From Stramenopiles sp. TOSAG23-2 (Eukaryota), in assembly GCA_900128395.1 (NCBI GenBank), contig LT649362.1:1-32397 (forward strand): 32,397 bases of DNA, read 5' to 3'. Positions 31,027 through 32,397 of this stretch are shown here, piece after piece. Position 1 is the first letter of the stretch, and each line of letters starts with the position of its first letter. The notes beneath the pieces were generated by a model. That model saw only the letters and a list, made by a program, of their open reading frames with translations, was not told where the DNA came from and did not search any database. The translations under genes and the position numbers were made by a program.

Positions 31027-31950
31027 ATGGGATGTGCACAATCAAGTACTCCAAAAAGGGAGATGACGATACCGGAACAATATATATCAGATGTCATTGC
31101 AAAAATACCTGTATTTAAAAGTTTAAAAGAAGATGAGCAGAAACAGTTAGCGTGTTATTTTACGTTAAAAGTATTGAAACCAAAGGAAAAGTTATTTTTG
31201 ATCGGTGATACGGATCGTACATTTTATATTATTGCAGAAGGTGAATGTGTTATTTCTGTGAAACAAGATGATAAGGAACATGTAATTGCAACTCAAGGTA
31301 CTCCATCACATTTTGGTGAAATTTGTTTGGTTCAAGATGAAAGCATCAGAAGTGCAAACGTATTTGCGTCGGATAACGGTGCAACACTTTTAAGTTTAAC
31401 AGTTGAGGATTGGGATTTATTAAAAGGCCCAGAATGGCATTCATTTGCAAGTAGGCGTTTGAAAATCATTGCAAGGCATCGCTTGGCAAGCTATTTACAG
31501 AATATGCACTTTTTAAAAAATGTTGATGATACGATATTAAATTTATTAGGTGGTATCTTTCATTTAAAACATATAGACATAGATGAAGTTATATTGACGG
31601 AAGGTGAAGCACCAAAAGGCTTTTATATATTAGCAGATGGTGAAGTAAGAGTAACAACGGATAGCTATGCAAAAACTGTAACAATTTCATCACAGTCGGA
31701 TGACAATTTTTTCGGTGAATTAGCACTAATCGAGAAAATACCTGTTAGTGCAACAGTTACTGCAACTAAAGAAAGTCTTTTATTACACGTCTCTCCAACT
31801 GCATTTCAAAATTTCTTACAAATGGTTACACCAGAAGTCCGGCATGAAATTGCAAATACGATACGTTCTAGAGCTAAAGCTATGTTATCGGATACCGTCA
31901 GTGACTTAGTCGATCCTAAAAATGTTGCATTAGGATATGAATTAAAATAG
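31027..31950 (+). CDS. Tandem cyclic nucleotide-binding domain protein with an N-terminal myristoylation/palmitoylation motif
   Basis: MGCAQS start. Two cNMP domains: FYIIAEG...HFGEICL...RSANV and FYILADGEV...FFGELAL...VSATV. Confidence 0.88.
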   Translation: MGCAQSSTPKREMTIPEQYISDVIAKIPVFKSLKEDEQKQLACYFTLKVLKPKEKLFLIGDTDRTFYIIAEGECVISVKQDDKEHVIATQGTPSHFGEICLVQDESIRSANVFASDNGATLLSLTVEDWDLLKGPEWHSFASRRLKIIARHRLASYLQNMHFLKNVDDTILNLLGGIFHLKHIDIDEVILTEGEAPKGFYILADGEVRVTTDSYAKTVTISSQSDDNFFGELALIEKIPVSATVTATKESLLLHVSPTAFQNFLQMVTPEVRHEIANTIRSRAKAMLSDTVSDLVDPKNVALGYELK

Positions 31951-32397
31951 TTTGTAATGATGAGAGAGTACAGATGCGTGTATTGTGTGTAGAAAAGAGG
32001 GTGTTTTTTTATTTATCAATGTATTATTTTATGATATATGGCTCAAATCGGCAAAAAACATCCCCATGCCAACATCGATATCTCAGCCAATTTTTAAGAA
32101 CTTCTAATAAAATTTTGCAATCAAGTGGGAAAAAATATCTCTGACGTGCGTATAAAATTTTATTAAATAATTTCAAATTTGAAATTTTCCCCTTGTATGT
32201 GTATGTAAGTTCCACCGGTTCCTGCTGAAAATGCATAGATATATATATATTTTCATATATATGTGCAAATGGATATGTGTGAAGTCCACTGAAATATCGC
32301 TATGCTGTGTTGATAGTAAGACATAAATACCTTAATTATTTACAGAGAGACGTTCATGATTTTAATGAAATTAATTTATCTATTGAAGTTAATAGTA

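Noticed and set aside
259-31950. Functional signalling gene cluster (GPCR, EF-hand, NEK, cNMP protein)
   Set aside because: The genes are interspersed with unrelated housekeeping genes in mixed orientation; eukaryotic adjacency alone is not evidence
32024-32236. 70-aa minus ORF or MITE-like sequence near the window end
   Set aside because: No recognisable protein motif, and no terminal inverted repeats or second copy visible in this window
1-32397. Alternative genetic code or stop-codon readthrough
   Set aside because: Long conserved ORFs have no internal stops, Trp is TGG, and TAA, TAG and TGA all occur as ORF ends

Overview
AT-rich, gene-dense eukaryotic (protist) genomic DNA using the standard genetic code. 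The long genes are single uninterrupted ORFs, so they appear intronless. Most ATGs have A at -3, and many have (TA)n tracts nearby. The gene content would fit a flagellated heterotroph such as a stramenopile, but this is inference. Ten intact genes are recognisable: an FkbM-family methyltransferase, a GCR1/cAMP-receptor-like GPCR, a DENND4-like Rab GEF, a USP48/UBP26-like deubiquitinase, a CxxC-less TlpA-like thioredoxin-fold protein, a CCR4/nocturnin-like EEP protein, ARMC1, exportin-T, a NEK kinase and a secreted LamG protein. An eleventh encodes an acylated tandem cNMP-binding protein. The most striking structure is a pair of reciprocal broken-gene junctions bounding a ~15.5-kb block. Two start-less 3' gene halves meet head-to-head at ~1250 on a 12-bp palindrome, and two 5' gene halves meet tail-to-tail at ~16750. 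This could be an inversion or rearrangement, split genes, or an amplification/assembly chimera. The most unusual protein is the EEP nuclease-like protein, which has altered catalytic motifs and carries an inserted FN3 domain and a calreticulin P-domain-like hairpin. Two small dispersed non-coding repeat pairs and a 3-copy 47-49 bp tandem repeat are also present. No rRNA, tRNA, CRISPR array or transposase was seen.
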